DNA of 51,013 nt from Minisyncoccota bacterium (GTDB lineage: Bacteria; Patescibacteriota; Minisyncoccia; UBA6257; 02-FULL-45-10c). The stretch spans positions 1 to 51,013 of the forward strand of contig DATDXY010000014.1 in NCBI GenBank assembly GCA_036517155.1, given 5' to 3'. A program made the position numbers and the translations under genes. Below the pieces are notes generated by a model. It had not been told where the DNA came from and made no database searches. It saw only the letters and a program-made list of their open reading frames with translations. This document shows positions 42,987 to 51,013 of this stretch, in pieces. Each line of letters starts with the position of its first letter. Position 1 is the first letter of the stretch.

Positions 42987-43516
42987 GCGCATTATTTTGG
43001 AATTATTTATTTGAGATAAGAAATTTCTTCGGTGATTGGATCGGCGCGCATATTATTGCGTTGCAGGTTGGTAGTTTGGTAGTTTCGGCAATTTTATTAT
43101 GGGCGACGATATATATTACCGTTAAGTCCCATTATTGGAGTATCAAAAGAGAACAGTTTTTGGATATGTTAAAAGTGGAAACGGTCTTTAAAGAGCGCTC
43201 TTTAAACGGCTGGAAACAGATTAAGGAACAAATTGCTTCATCGGATCCGGAGGAATGGAAAAAAGCCATTATGGCAGCGGACAAAATTCTAAATGAAATT
43301 TTCAAAATGTCCGGTTATCTTGGTCATCGGTTGGAAGATAAATTAGTTTTGATTACGCCGGCGCAATTAGCCAACGTGGAACAAGTAAAGCAAGCGCATC
43401 AAATCGCTCATAAGATTCACGACGATCCCAGTTATGATTTGACGTTTGAAGACGCATTGGCGGTATTGAGAATTTATAAGGAAGCCTTTCGAGATTTGCG
43501 GTTGATTGATGAATAA
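42983..43516 (+). CDS. Hypothetical membrane-anchored helical protein (177 aa)
   Basis: Trimmed to ATG 42983 (ATGA overlap with the gatA stop). TM IIALQVGSLVVSAILLWATIYI. Confidence 0.55.
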   Translation: MSALFWNYLFEIRNFFGDWIGAHIIALQVGSLVVSAILLWATIYITVKSHYWSIKREQFLDMLKVETVFKERSLNGWKQIKEQIASSDPEEWKKAIMAADKILNEIFKMSGYLGHRLEDKLVLITPAQLANVEQVKQAHQIAHKIHDDPSYDLTFEDALAVLRIYKEAFRDLRLIDE

Positions 43517-43547
43517 AAATCATATAGACTGGAGCAATCAATATAAT

Positions 43548-43621
43548 GCGGTGGTAGCTTAGCGGCCTAAAGCGCCTCCCTGTCACGGAGGAGATCGTGG
43601 GTTCAAATCCCATTCACCGCG
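43548..43621 (+). tRNA. tRNA-Asp (anticodon GUC)
   Basis: Acceptor GCGGTGG/TCACCGC; anticodon arm CCTCC-CTGTCAC-GGAGG; T arm GTGGG-TTCAAAT-CCCAT. Confidence 0.9.
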
Positions 43622-43643
43622 CCCAAGATGAGTCTCAAATCAT

Positions 43644-44978
43644 ATGAAAAATTACCAATCTTTTTTTCGCGGCAAGAAGGTGACCGTGATGGGGTTGGGT
43701 CTGCTTGGTCGCGGCGTGAATGACGCAAAATTTCTGGCGGAATGCGGAGCAGAACTAGTAGTAACCGATCTGAAAACTCGCGCGCAATTAAAAGATTCTT
43801 TGCAAAAATTGCGGGATTTTAAAAATATTTGTTATACGTTAGGGAAACATCGTCTAGAAGATTTCCGAAAAAAAGATTTTATTCTCAAAGCTGCCGGCGT
43901 GCCGTTAGATTCCCCATATATCATGGAAGCGAAAAAAAACGATATCCCGATTGAAATGGATGCATCTTTATTTGCAAAATTATCTTCGGCAAAAATTATT
44001 GGCATTACGGGAACGCGGGGGAAATCCACTACTACCCATCTTATTTTTAATATTTTAAAAGCCGCAAAAAAACGGGTATTTCTCGGCGGCAATATCCGCG
44101 GTATGGCAACGCTGCCTTTGTTGAAAAAAGTTAAAGAAGGGGATTGGGTGGTAATGGAATTAGATTCTTGGCAATTGCAAGGATTTGGAGATGCTAAAAT
44201 CAGCCCGCACATTGCCGTGTTTACAAATTTTTTGCTGGACCATCAAAATTATTATCACGGCAGCATGGACCGGTATTTTCAAGATAAGTCGTACATTTAC
44301 CAATTCCAAAAATCGGAAGATTTTTGTATTACTTCTCCGAAAGCAGCGCAATTAATTCGCGATAAACGATTTCCTCGCCGCGGCCGCCTTGTTGAAGTTG
44401 AGGAAACTCTGATACCGCCGGATTGGAATTTGAAGATTTTGGGCAATCATAATCGTAAAAATGTTGCTTATGCGATTACGGCTGTTCGGCTGATAAAAAT
44501 CCCGGAAAAAATTATTAAAAATACGGTAGAAAAATTCTCCGGAATTCCTGGGCGATTGGAATTGATCCGAACGGTGAATGGCGTGGCATATATAAATGAT
44601 ACGACTGCGACTACACCCGACGGCTTGCGCGCCGCCTTGCAGAGTTTTCCGGACATAAATCGCACAGTGCTGATTGCCGGCGGCGCGGATAAGCAATTAG
44701 AATATCAACCGTTTATTGAAGAAGTAAATAAAGTAAAAAAACTAATTTTATTAGCGGGTACGGCAACGGATAAAATGGTAAAATTATTGCCAAAAAGAAA
44801 TAAAATGATTGTTGTAAATTCCATGAAAGAGGCAGTTATTCAAGCGCAGCGCATCGCGGCAAAAGGGGATACAGTGTTGTTATCTCCGGGAGCGGCCAGT
44901 TTTGGATTGTTCAAGAACGAGTTTGATCGAGGAGAACAATTTATAAAAGAAGTGAAAAAAATAAAAAAAGCCGCCTAG
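43644..44978 (+). CDS. murD: UDP-N-acetylmuramoylalanine--D-glutamate ligase
   Basis: N-terminal Rossmann VTVMGLGLLGRG...VVTD; Mur ligase P-loop GITGTRGKSTT; 444 aa. Confidence 0.87.
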   Translation: MKNYQSFFRGKKVTVMGLGLLGRGVNDAKFLAECGAELVVTDLKTRAQLKDSLQKLRDFKNICYTLGKHRLEDFRKKDFILKAAGVPLDSPYIMEAKKNDIPIEMDASLFAKLSSAKIIGITGTRGKSTTTHLIFNILKAAKKRVFLGGNIRGMATLPLLKKVKEGDWVVMELDSWQLQGFGDAKISPHIAVFTNFLLDHQNYYHGSMDRYFQDKSYIYQFQKSEDFCITSPKAAQLIRDKRFPRRGRLVEVEETLIPPDWNLKILGNHNRKNVAYAITAVRLIKIPEKIIKNTVEKFSGIPGRLELIRTVNGVAYINDTTATTPDGLRAALQSFPDINRTVLIAGGADKQLEYQPFIEEVNKVKKLILLAGTATDKMVKLLPKRNKMIVVNSMKEAVIQAQRIAAKGDTVLLSPGAASFGLFKNEFDRGEQFIKEVKKIKKAA

Positions 44979-44993
44979 TTTTCACTAGACGGC
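44970..44993. terminator. Hairpin at the murD 3' end, best read as the terminator of the convergent minus-strand operon
   Basis: GCCGCCTAGT-TTTC-ACTAGACGGC. On the minus strand it is followed by TTTTTTTATTTTTT. Confidence 0.5.
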
Positions 44994-45008
44994 CTCTTTG
45001 GATTTGTG

Positions 45009-45179
45009 CTAATAGGACGCTTCTAAGCGATCCTTTAATGCTTTCTCCAGAGCGCTGTTCGCCGGAGTTGCATCGATCATTTCTGGCAGAAGTTCCGGCT
45101 TGATGCTGGACATATCCGGCAGCTGCCCATGTTTATTGAAGAATTTTTTGAGCTGGTGATACTTGTTGATTATTGCCAT
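45009..45179 (-). CDS. Small hypothetical protein (56 aa), not in the ORF track
   Basis: GGAGGT SD sits immediately after the NlpC/P60 stop, with the ATG at 45179 (MAIINKYHQLKKFFNKHGQLPDMSSIKPELLPEMIDATPANSALEKALKDRLEASY). It is followed by the terminator hairpin. Confidence 0.4.
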   Translation of the reverse strand: MAIINKYHQLKKFFNKHGQLPDMSSIKPELLPEMIDATPANSALEKALKDRLEASY

Positions 45180-45190
45180 GAGATACCTCC

Positions 45191-45607
45191 TTATTCAAAG
45201 ATTCGTTTAGCAAGTACTGGCGGCTTGGCAAACTTTTCAATTATTTCCAGATTTTCTTCAATCACGCCAGCATTTCCCTTGGCATGGATTGCTTGACCAT
45301 TGCCGGTGTAGATTACTACATGGCCGATATATTTTCCGGGAAGAAGTTTGTGGTCATAGTGACCCTTGTCTCCTTGATAAAAAATAAGATCACCGGGTTG
45401 AATATTATTCAAAGAAATTTCTTTTCCATTTTTTGCTGCCTGAAGAAAAGTGCTGCGTTCCAATGAGATGCCCAGGCGATTGGCAAGATATTGGGTGAAA
45501 GAGGAACAATCAAAGAATTCTCCGATTTTTTCCGCTGGCACCGCGTAGAGATATGGTACGCCGATATATTTCCGAGCTTCGGCGATGAATTGTTGTGATT
45601 TGGTCAT
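45191..45607 (-). CDS. NlpC/P60 (C40) family peptidoglycan hydrolase
   Basis: Catalytic Cys context FDCSSFTQYL and His context IGHVVIYTG; 138 aa. Confidence 0.87.
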   Translation of the reverse strand: MTKSQQFIAEARKYIGVPYLYAVPAEKIGEFFDCSSFTQYLANRLGISLERSTFLQAAKNGKEISLNNIQPGDLIFYQGDKGHYDHKLLPGKYIGHVVIYTGNGQAIHAKGNAGVIEENLEIIEKFAKPPVLAKRIFE

Positions 45608-45689
45608 AGACGCTCCTCAATTGTTAATATGTTAAATAGCTGATATGTCATTGTAGAATTTATTGAAAATAGTTGTCAATTTTAAATTG

Positions 45690-45761
45690 TGCCGGCGGGA
45701 AGGATCGAACTTCCGACCTCGGCCTTATGAAGACCTCGCTCTACCACTGAGCTACGCCGGC
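45690..45761 (-). tRNA. tRNA with anticodon CAU (elongator Met or lysidine-modified Ile2)
   Basis: Acceptor GCCGGCG/CGCCGGC (G1-C72 paired); anticodon loop TTCATAA; T arm GGAAG-TTCGATC-CTTCC. Confidence 0.85.
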
Positions 45762-45826
45762 AGAATAACTCATTTACTATACGCATTTCTGCTTGCTAAT
45801 TCAAGGGATTTAAGTTAAATATAGAG

Positions 45827-45900
45827 AGCGGGATAGAGCAGTCTGGTAGCTCGCATGGCTCATAACCATGAGGTCGTTGGTTCAAATCCAACTCCCGCAA
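45827..45900 (+). tRNA. Initiator-like tRNA-Met (anticodon CAU) with a 1:72 mismatch
   Basis: It aligns closely with bacterial tRNA-fMet (GAGCAGTCTGGTAGCTCG...CTCATAA...AGGTCGTTGGTTCAAATCC). A1 is opposite A72. The anticodon stem CATGG/CCATG has only two of the three usual G-C pairs. Confidence 0.8.
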
Positions 45901-45973
45901 CAATTTCTTATTCACACGAACCGTATATTATATTAAAAATAGGGGTGTTATAATAAAATAAAGTTTTTAACTA

Positions 45974-48900
45974 ATGAAACGCTTTGTCGCTTTTATTTTT
46001 ATTGGGTTGGTAACAATAGGCCTCTTTTATTTTGCACGCGAACGCGGCCACACTGCTACTGAAGTGATCGGCCTTGTGCGGCAAGATTGCACGGGTTTTT
46101 CTAATTGCTACACATCTCTTTCTGCTTGGGAAGCGGCGTATGGCGGGGTTTCTTTTGGCGCTTGTGCGCAAGGGGATTTAGTTTGCGCGGATAAAATCGC
46201 CACCGCTCAAATTGACGGAACTTGGACAACTCCAGATTCGACAGCGGTAAACGTGAATGGTTGGACTACTGATGTTAATCACTATATTAATTTTTACACC
46301 ACTTCCGTTGCCCGACACGCTGGTGTCTGGGATACGAATAAATATCAGTTAACAAGCGCGACGTACGCGGGATTTTTAATTAGCATCACCGGCGCTGGCC
46401 ACGTACGGATTGATGGGCTTCAATTATCGTTGCCACAAAATAATAATGGCGCGGCTGCCATTCTTGCAAATTATAGGAGCGTTGGTAGTGACATAAGAAT
46501 TTCTAATAATATTTTTCGAAAAGCAAGCGGCGCAAATGCCCAGCATGGAACCAAGTTAAATACTGATTCCAATTCTGGCCAAGGTGGGGATTTTCGAATA
46601 TGGAATAACATCGTTTACGATTTTACTGGAACGGGCAGCAGCGGTTTTTCCATGGGAATACGAGGAAATTTTTATGCGTACAATAATACGGTCGTTAATG
46701 GAACAACTGGTTTTGGCGGAGGGAATACCACAACGGTTCTAAAAAATAATATTGCCTCCGGCAATACTGCGGATTATTCCGGAACTTTTAGCGCAAGTTC
46801 TAATTACAATCTTGCCAGTAATGGCACTGCAACTGGCGGCGCAAATGATCGAATTAATCAGGTAGTGAGTTTCGCAAACTCAACGAGCAAAGATTTTCAC
46901 CTTTCTGCTGGTGATACGGCCGCAAAAGATTTTGGCGTTGATTTAAGCGCTGACGGCAGTTTGGCATTAACTACTGATATTGATGGGCAAACAAGGACCG
47001 GATCTTGGGATATCGGATCGGATGAGCAAGGCGCCAGCAGCGGAGGCGACACTCAAGCTCCATCCATTCCGTCTGGCTTGGCTGCTTCTGGTATTACTGC
47101 TTCTTCTCTAACTCTCAATTGGACCGCATCAACGGATAATGTGGGCGTACGAAACTATATTATTTATCGGAATGGATCTCCAATCGCCACCGTTGCTCAT
47201 CCCGCAACCACTTACCCCGATACTGGACTTTCTTCTAATACTTCTTATACCTACACTGTTGCCGCCGATGATGTTGCCGGGAATGTTTCTGCTCAATCAA
47301 CTTCTGTACTCGTCACAACTCAAGCGGGCAGCGACACGACTCCGCCAGTCCGTTCGAATGGCGCGCCATCAGGCAATCTTTCTGCTGGTACTACGCAGAC
47401 AACCATTTCTTTAGACACTAATGAAATTGCTACCTGTAAATATGGAACCGTTGCGGGTACTGCCTACGCTTCTTTGCCGAATACTTTTTCCACCACTAAC
47501 GCGATTGCTCATTCTCAACTGATTACCGGTTTAACCAATGGCACATCATATACATATTATGTGCGATGCCAGGATGCCGGCACGAATGTTAATCCGGATG
47601 ATTTTATTATTTCTTTTTCCGTCTCTATGCCTGGAGCTGGCGCGACTTACTACATTTCTCCAACTGGCAGCGACACGAATGCAGGTACCAGCGCCGCGCC
47701 GTGGAAAACTTTTTCCAAAGCATTTACTACAATGCAGGGCAGTGACATCTTGATTCTTAAAAATGGAACTTACACGCAAAGCACGACTGGTTTGATTAAT
47801 GATGACGCCGGGGGTTTTTCGGAAATTCCGCCAGCGGGGACCGTAGCTAATCCAACTATTGTCAAATCAGAAAATGATTTTCAAGCGACGTTGGATGGGC
47901 AAAATATAACTCAGCCATTATTAATTTATACGCGAGGCAATATGCAATTTGAAGGACTCCGTTTTAAAGATGGTCCTGGAGCAATAGCTCAACTGTATCG
48001 TAATGCTAAATATATTACGATTAAACGGTCTAGCTTTACTCAAAGTGTAGTGACTCAAGGGAATTACACTAATGTCGGCATTGGTGGTACGACTACGGAC
48101 AATAATAATAACGCTTATATTTTATTGGAAGATATTTGGATTAGTGGAGCCGGGAGATATATGTTTAATGTGTTTAATTCCAGCCATGTGACTGTTCGCC
48201 GGGCGGTGGTAAGGCGGTATGGAAACAATACTCCTAATCCCGGAAACCCTCAGTCTGGTTTTACAATCTATAACACCAATGATTCGGTATTTGAGAATAT
48301 TGTTGCCATTGATGGCAGCGAATATACGTCTGATACGGATCGCCGCGGCATATATATGGTTGGGAATAGCGGTATTTCTCCAAATACTACAACTAATAAT
48401 AATAAAATCTTGGGATGTGTTGCTTTGAATAATGATGTTGCTAGTCAATTTGCGATCGGCGGTTCATCTGGCGGAACCGGCAATCTTATTCAAAATTGCG
48501 TGTTTTGGGGTTCAAGTAATTTTGCAACCACTGGAACGATTACTTCCGTGAACGGTGCTGGCTTTACCGGCAATACCATTAGCAATGTAACGATGGGAGT
48601 TGGTAATTATGGTTGGGGGAATTTTAACAGTGCGAATACCACGATAAAGAATGTTATTTTCCAGGGTATCGGAACGGCTGGCGCGAATAATCAGGGTACA
48701 GTGAATTTAAGCTATGCCGGCCGTTTCAATACTCCTTCATTTGGGGCAACTTGTACGCTTGGTTGTATCACTACCAACCCAAGCTTGCTTTATTTAACTC
48801 GAATTGAAAGCACTTCGCCATACAAAGGGGCGGGTGAAGCAGGAGCGGATATTGGCGCAAACATATTGTATAAGTATGGAACGGACGGTTCTCGAGTTGG

Positions 48901-51013
48901 GGATGCAGGCGTCGAAACGTTGACTACAAATAATATTTGGCCTTGGCCTTATGAAGCGCAAATTAAATCTGATATTTGCGGAGTAGCCACGGCAAGCGGA
49001 CTTTGCGCTACTACTAAAACATTAACAGCGTATATTTGGGAATATTTAGGAAATACTTGTCCAGTTTCTGTGTGTGGTGGCAGTTCCGACACTCAAGCTC
49101 CATCTATCCCGTCTGGCTTGGCTGCTTCTGGTATTACTGCTTCTTCTCTAACTCTCAACTGGACCGCATCAACGGATAATGTGGGCGTAAATCACTATCG
49201 AGTCTTTCGAAACGGAACGCAAGTCAGCAATAATTCTACTCAAACTACTACCACTTTCAACGACATCGGATTATCTCCCAGTACCGCTTACACTTATACT
49301 GTTTCTGCGGTAGATGCTGCTGGGAATGTGTCTGCTCAATCAACCGGGCTCAATGTAGCAACCCAGTCCGGTGGAGGAGTAACTTATTATATTTCTCCTA
49401 CGGGAAATGATGCTAATGCTGGAACCAGCGCCGCGCCATGGAGAACTTTTGGAAAAGCATTTTCGACGATGACTGGGGGTCAAACTCTTGTGCTTAAAAA
49501 TGGAACTTATACCGCATCGGTTACGGGCTTAATCAGCACGGGCAGCGGCGCGCCATCGGGAGTGCCGCCAAGCGGTTCCGGAACTAACTACACAATTATT
49601 AAATCAGAAAATGATTTTCAAGCGACGTTGGATGGGCAAGGTACGCAAACTCCTCTTTTTTTAACCGATCGAGACCATATTCAATTTGAAGGATTACGGT
49701 TTGTAAATGGACCATCCAGCACAATTACTTTATGGGGTGCTGCGAAATATATTACGATTAAACGTTCGGGTGTGGTTCAGACGAATATGGCAAATGGAAA
49801 TGTTTCGAATGTTTCTATTGGCGGCAATGACCCGGATAGTTCCATGAATTCTTATATTTTACTGGAAGATTTCTGGGCAATTGGCACGGCGCGATATACG
49901 ATTCTGACATTTAATGCGAGCCACATTACAATGCGTCGGGTAGTAGCCCGGCGATTTGGCGCAACTGATCCGGGAGGTGGCGGATATAATCCGCAAGCTG
50001 CTATTACATTTTATAATACCAGTGATTCAGTTTTTGAAAATGTAATTGCGTTAGATAATGACCAATATTCTTCGCTTTCTGATCGGACTGGTATACAATT
50101 CGTTCCTAACAATATTTCCCAGAACGCAGTAAGCCAAGTTATTAATAATAAATTATTAGGTTGTATGTCGTTTGGGCACTACACCAATTCTCAATTTCTT
50201 TTGGCTGGTAACACGCTTGGAACAAATAATCTTATAGAAAATTGCGTTTTTTGGAATCATAAAACATTTCAAAATGTACAATATCCTCCTGCGGCTGCTG
50301 CGAATGCTGGAAATAATGTGAGTAATAATACCTATAAAAATGTGACGTTTGGCAGTTTTAGCAATATTACTGGTGCGTATGGTGTGGGAATTTTTAGTGG
50401 CGCATCTAATATCATTATTAAAAACTCTTTGTTTCAGGAATTAAATAGTACGGCGGTAAACAATCAGGGTTCTGGAAGTTTAAGTTTTTCCGGACTCTGG
50501 GGAACGCCGACTTGGGGATTAACTTGTACTGGTAATTGTTTAACTACTAATCCTGGATTGCTTTATATGACTAGGATTGAAAGCGGATCACCCTATAAGG
50601 GCGCCGGAGAATCGGGGGCAGATATTGGCGCGAATATTATAAATCGATATGGTGTCGATGGAACCAAGGTTGGTGATCCTGGGGTGGAAACACTTACAAC
50701 CAATGCGTTGTGGCCATGGCCTTATGAGAATCAAATTAAATCTGATATTTGCACAGCGACAGGTTTGACTACCGGATGGTGCGGAACAACTAAAACATTG
50801 ACGGCATATACCTGGGAATATTTAGGAAATACCTGCCCAACTTCTATTTGTAATGGTGGCGGCGGAGATACGACTGCCCCCTCCACCCCAACTGGTCTGA
50901 TCTCAACCTTCATCTCTTCCTCCCAAATCAATCTCTCCTGGACGGCCTCTACAGATAACGTAGGAGTCACTGGCTATAAGGTATACAGAGGAGGAGTAGA
51001 AATCGCTACTGCC
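45974..51013 (+). CDS. Giant modular surface protein (partial, at least 1680 aa): N-terminal TM, right-handed beta-helix domains (DUF1565/pectate-lyase-like) alternating with FN3 domains
   Basis: By manual translation the frame is open from ATG 45974 to the window end with no stop. It is absent from the track only because it lacks a stop. Recognised segments include MKRFVAFIFIGLVTIGLFYF (TM), YYISPTGSDTNAGTSAAPWKTF...LKNGTY (beta-helix N-cap, twice), FN3 units APSIPSGLAASGITASSLTLNWTASTDNVGV (twice) and a third, diverged unit at about 50867. Confidence 0.85.
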   Translation, partial: MKRFVAFIFIGLVTIGLFYFARERGHTATEVIGLVRQDCTGFSNCYTSLSAWEAAYGGVSFGACAQGDLVCADKIATAQIDGTWTTPDSTAVNVNGWTTDVNHYINFYTTSVARHAGVWDTNKYQLTSATYAGFLISITGAGHVRIDGLQLSLPQNNNGAAAILANYRSVGSDIRISNNIFRKASGANAQHGTKLNTDSNSGQGGDFRIWNNIVYDFTGTGSSGFSMGIRGNFYAYNNTVVNGTTGFGGGNTTTVLKNNIASGNTADYSGTFSASSNYNLASNGTATGGANDRINQVVSFANSTSKDFHLSAGDTAAKDFGVDLSADGSLALTTDIDGQTRTGSWDIGSDEQGASSGGDTQAPSIPSGLAASGITASSLTLNWTASTDNVGVRNYIIYRNGSPIATVAHPATTYPDTGLSSNTSYTYTVAADDVAGNVSAQSTSVLVTTQAGSDTTPPVRSNGAPSGNLSAGTTQTTISLDTNEIATCKYGTVAGTAYASLPNTFSTTNAIAHSQLITGLTNGTSYTYYVRCQDAGTNVNPDDFIISFSVSMPGAGATYYISPTGSDTNAGTSAAPWKTFSKAFTTMQGSDILILKNGTYTQSTTGLINDDAGGFSEIPPAGTVANPTIVKSENDFQATLDGQNITQPLLIYTRGNMQFEGLRFKDGPGAIAQLYRNAKYITIKRSSFTQSVVTQGNYTNVGIGGTTTDNNNNAYILLEDIWISGAGRYMFNVFNSSHVTVRRAVVRRYGNNTPNPGNPQSGFTIYNTNDSVFENIVAIDGSEYTSDTDRRGIYMVGNSGISPNTTTNNNKILGCVALNNDVASQFAIGGSSGGTGNLIQNCVFWGSSNFATTGTITSVNGAGFTGNTISNVTMGVGNYGWGNFNSANTTIKNVIFQGIGTAGANNQGTVNLSYAGRFNTPSFGATCTLGCITTNPSLLYLTRIESTSPYKGAGEAGADIGANILYKYGTDGSRVGDAGVETLTTNNIWPWPYEAQIKSDICGVATASGLCATTKTLTAYIWEYLGNTCPVSVCGGSSDTQAPSIPSGLAASGITASSLTLNWTASTDNVGVNHYRVFRNGTQVSNNSTQTTTTFNDIGLSPSTAYTYTVSAVDAAGNVSAQSTGLNVATQSGGGVTYYISPTGNDANAGTSAAPWRTFGKAFSTMTGGQTLVLKNGTYTASVTGLISTGSGAPSGVPPSGSGTNYTIIKSENDFQATLDGQGTQTPLFLTDRDHIQFEGLRFVNGPSSTITLWGAAKYITIKRSGVVQTNMANGNVSNVSIGGNDPDSSMNSYILLEDFWAIGTARYTILTFNASHITMRRVVARRFGATDPGGGGYNPQAAITFYNTSDSVFENVIALDNDQYSSLSDRTGIQFVPNNISQNAVSQVINNKLLGCMSFGHYTNSQFLLAGNTLGTNNLIENCVFWNHKTFQNVQYPPAAAANAGNNVSNNTYKNVTFGSFSNITGAYGVGIFSGASNIIIKNSLFQELNSTAVNNQGSGSLSFSGLWGTPTWGLTCTGNCLTTNPGLLYMTRIESGSPYKGAGESGADIGANIINRYGVDGTKVGDPGVETLTTNALWPWPYENQIKSDICTATGLTTGWCGTTKTLTAYTWEYLGNTCPTSICNGGGGDTTAPSTPTGLISTFISSSQINLSWTASTDNVGVTGYKVYRGGVEIATA
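47047..47149 (+). repeat. 103-nt near-identical intragenic repeat, copy 1 (FN3 N-terminus)
   Basis: 100/103 identical to 49087-49189, offset 2040 nt (in frame). Confidence 0.9.
47864..47902 (+). repeat. 39-nt identical intragenic repeat, copy 1 (KSENDFQATLDGQ)
   Basis: Identical to 49601-49639, offset 1737 nt (in frame). Confidence 0.9.
49087..49189 (+). repeat. 103-nt near-identical intragenic repeat, copy 2
   Basis: 100/103 identical to 47047-47149. Confidence 0.9.
49601..49639 (+). repeat. 39-nt identical intragenic repeat, copy 2
   Basis: Identical to 47864-47902. Confidence 0.9.

Noticed and set aside
43542-43547. TATAAT directly abutting the 5' end of tRNA-Asp, read as its promoter.
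   Set aside because: A start about 7 nt downstream would fall inside the mature tRNA, and no acceptable -35 is present. It is probably a compositional coincidence; the real promoter is likely further upstream.
47047-49189. The intragenic repeat pair read as a diversity-generating retroelement template/variable repeat.
   Set aside because: The three mismatches are C/T transitions rather than adenine-specific substitutions. Both copies are in-frame parts of the same gene, and no reverse transcriptase is in the window.
1-51013. CRISPR arrays, rRNA genes, transposases/integrases and prophage blocks.
   Set aside because: No regularly spaced direct repeats, no rRNA-like conserved stretches and no recombinase motifs were recognised in any listed ORF or gap.

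Overview
The window reads as a densely packed, moderately AT-rich bacterial chromosome segment. All calls come from motif recognition by eye; no homology, Rfam or folding tools were run.

Gene content: short housekeeping genes, no rRNA, and many large surface proteins. This looks like a small-genome uncultivated lineage such as CPR/Patescibacteria, but that is inference only.

- **Housekeeping genes:** recO, glyQS, metG, tatD, leuS, ligA, gatC/gatA, murD, an M16 peptidase, an AI-2E transporter, htrA, a P-type ATPase and an NlpC/P60 hydrolase.
- **tRNA genes:** eight, namely Ser x2, Ala x2, Arg, Asp, Met and an initiator-like Met.
- **Type IV pilus / competence block (about 20.7-39.2 kb):** comFC is divergent from pilM-pilN-pilO-(95 aa)-pilB-pilT-pilC-pilin-pilD-3 minor pilins. 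These are followed by an Lnt-like acyltransferase, secreted accessory proteins and a PilX-like pilin. No secretin is present in the window.
- **Island splitting the block (33.6-36.7 kb):** about 3 kb of independently promoted and terminated genes. It holds two outer-membrane-beta-barrel-like proteins, an unlisted 27-aa micro-ORF with a full promoter/SD/terminator set, and a second M16 peptidase.
- **ORF-poor, heavily base-paired regions:** two stretches of about 240 nt (18500-18737 and 30927-31164) look like structured RNAs of no class I can name.
- **Missing from the ORF track:** the track omits open-ended ORFs. The largest gene in the window (45974 to beyond 51013, at least 1680 aa) is therefore absent. 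It encodes a modular beta-helix/FN3 surface protein with internally duplicated modules of about 1.8-2 kb.
- **Not seen:** CRISPR arrays, transposases, integrases and rRNA.
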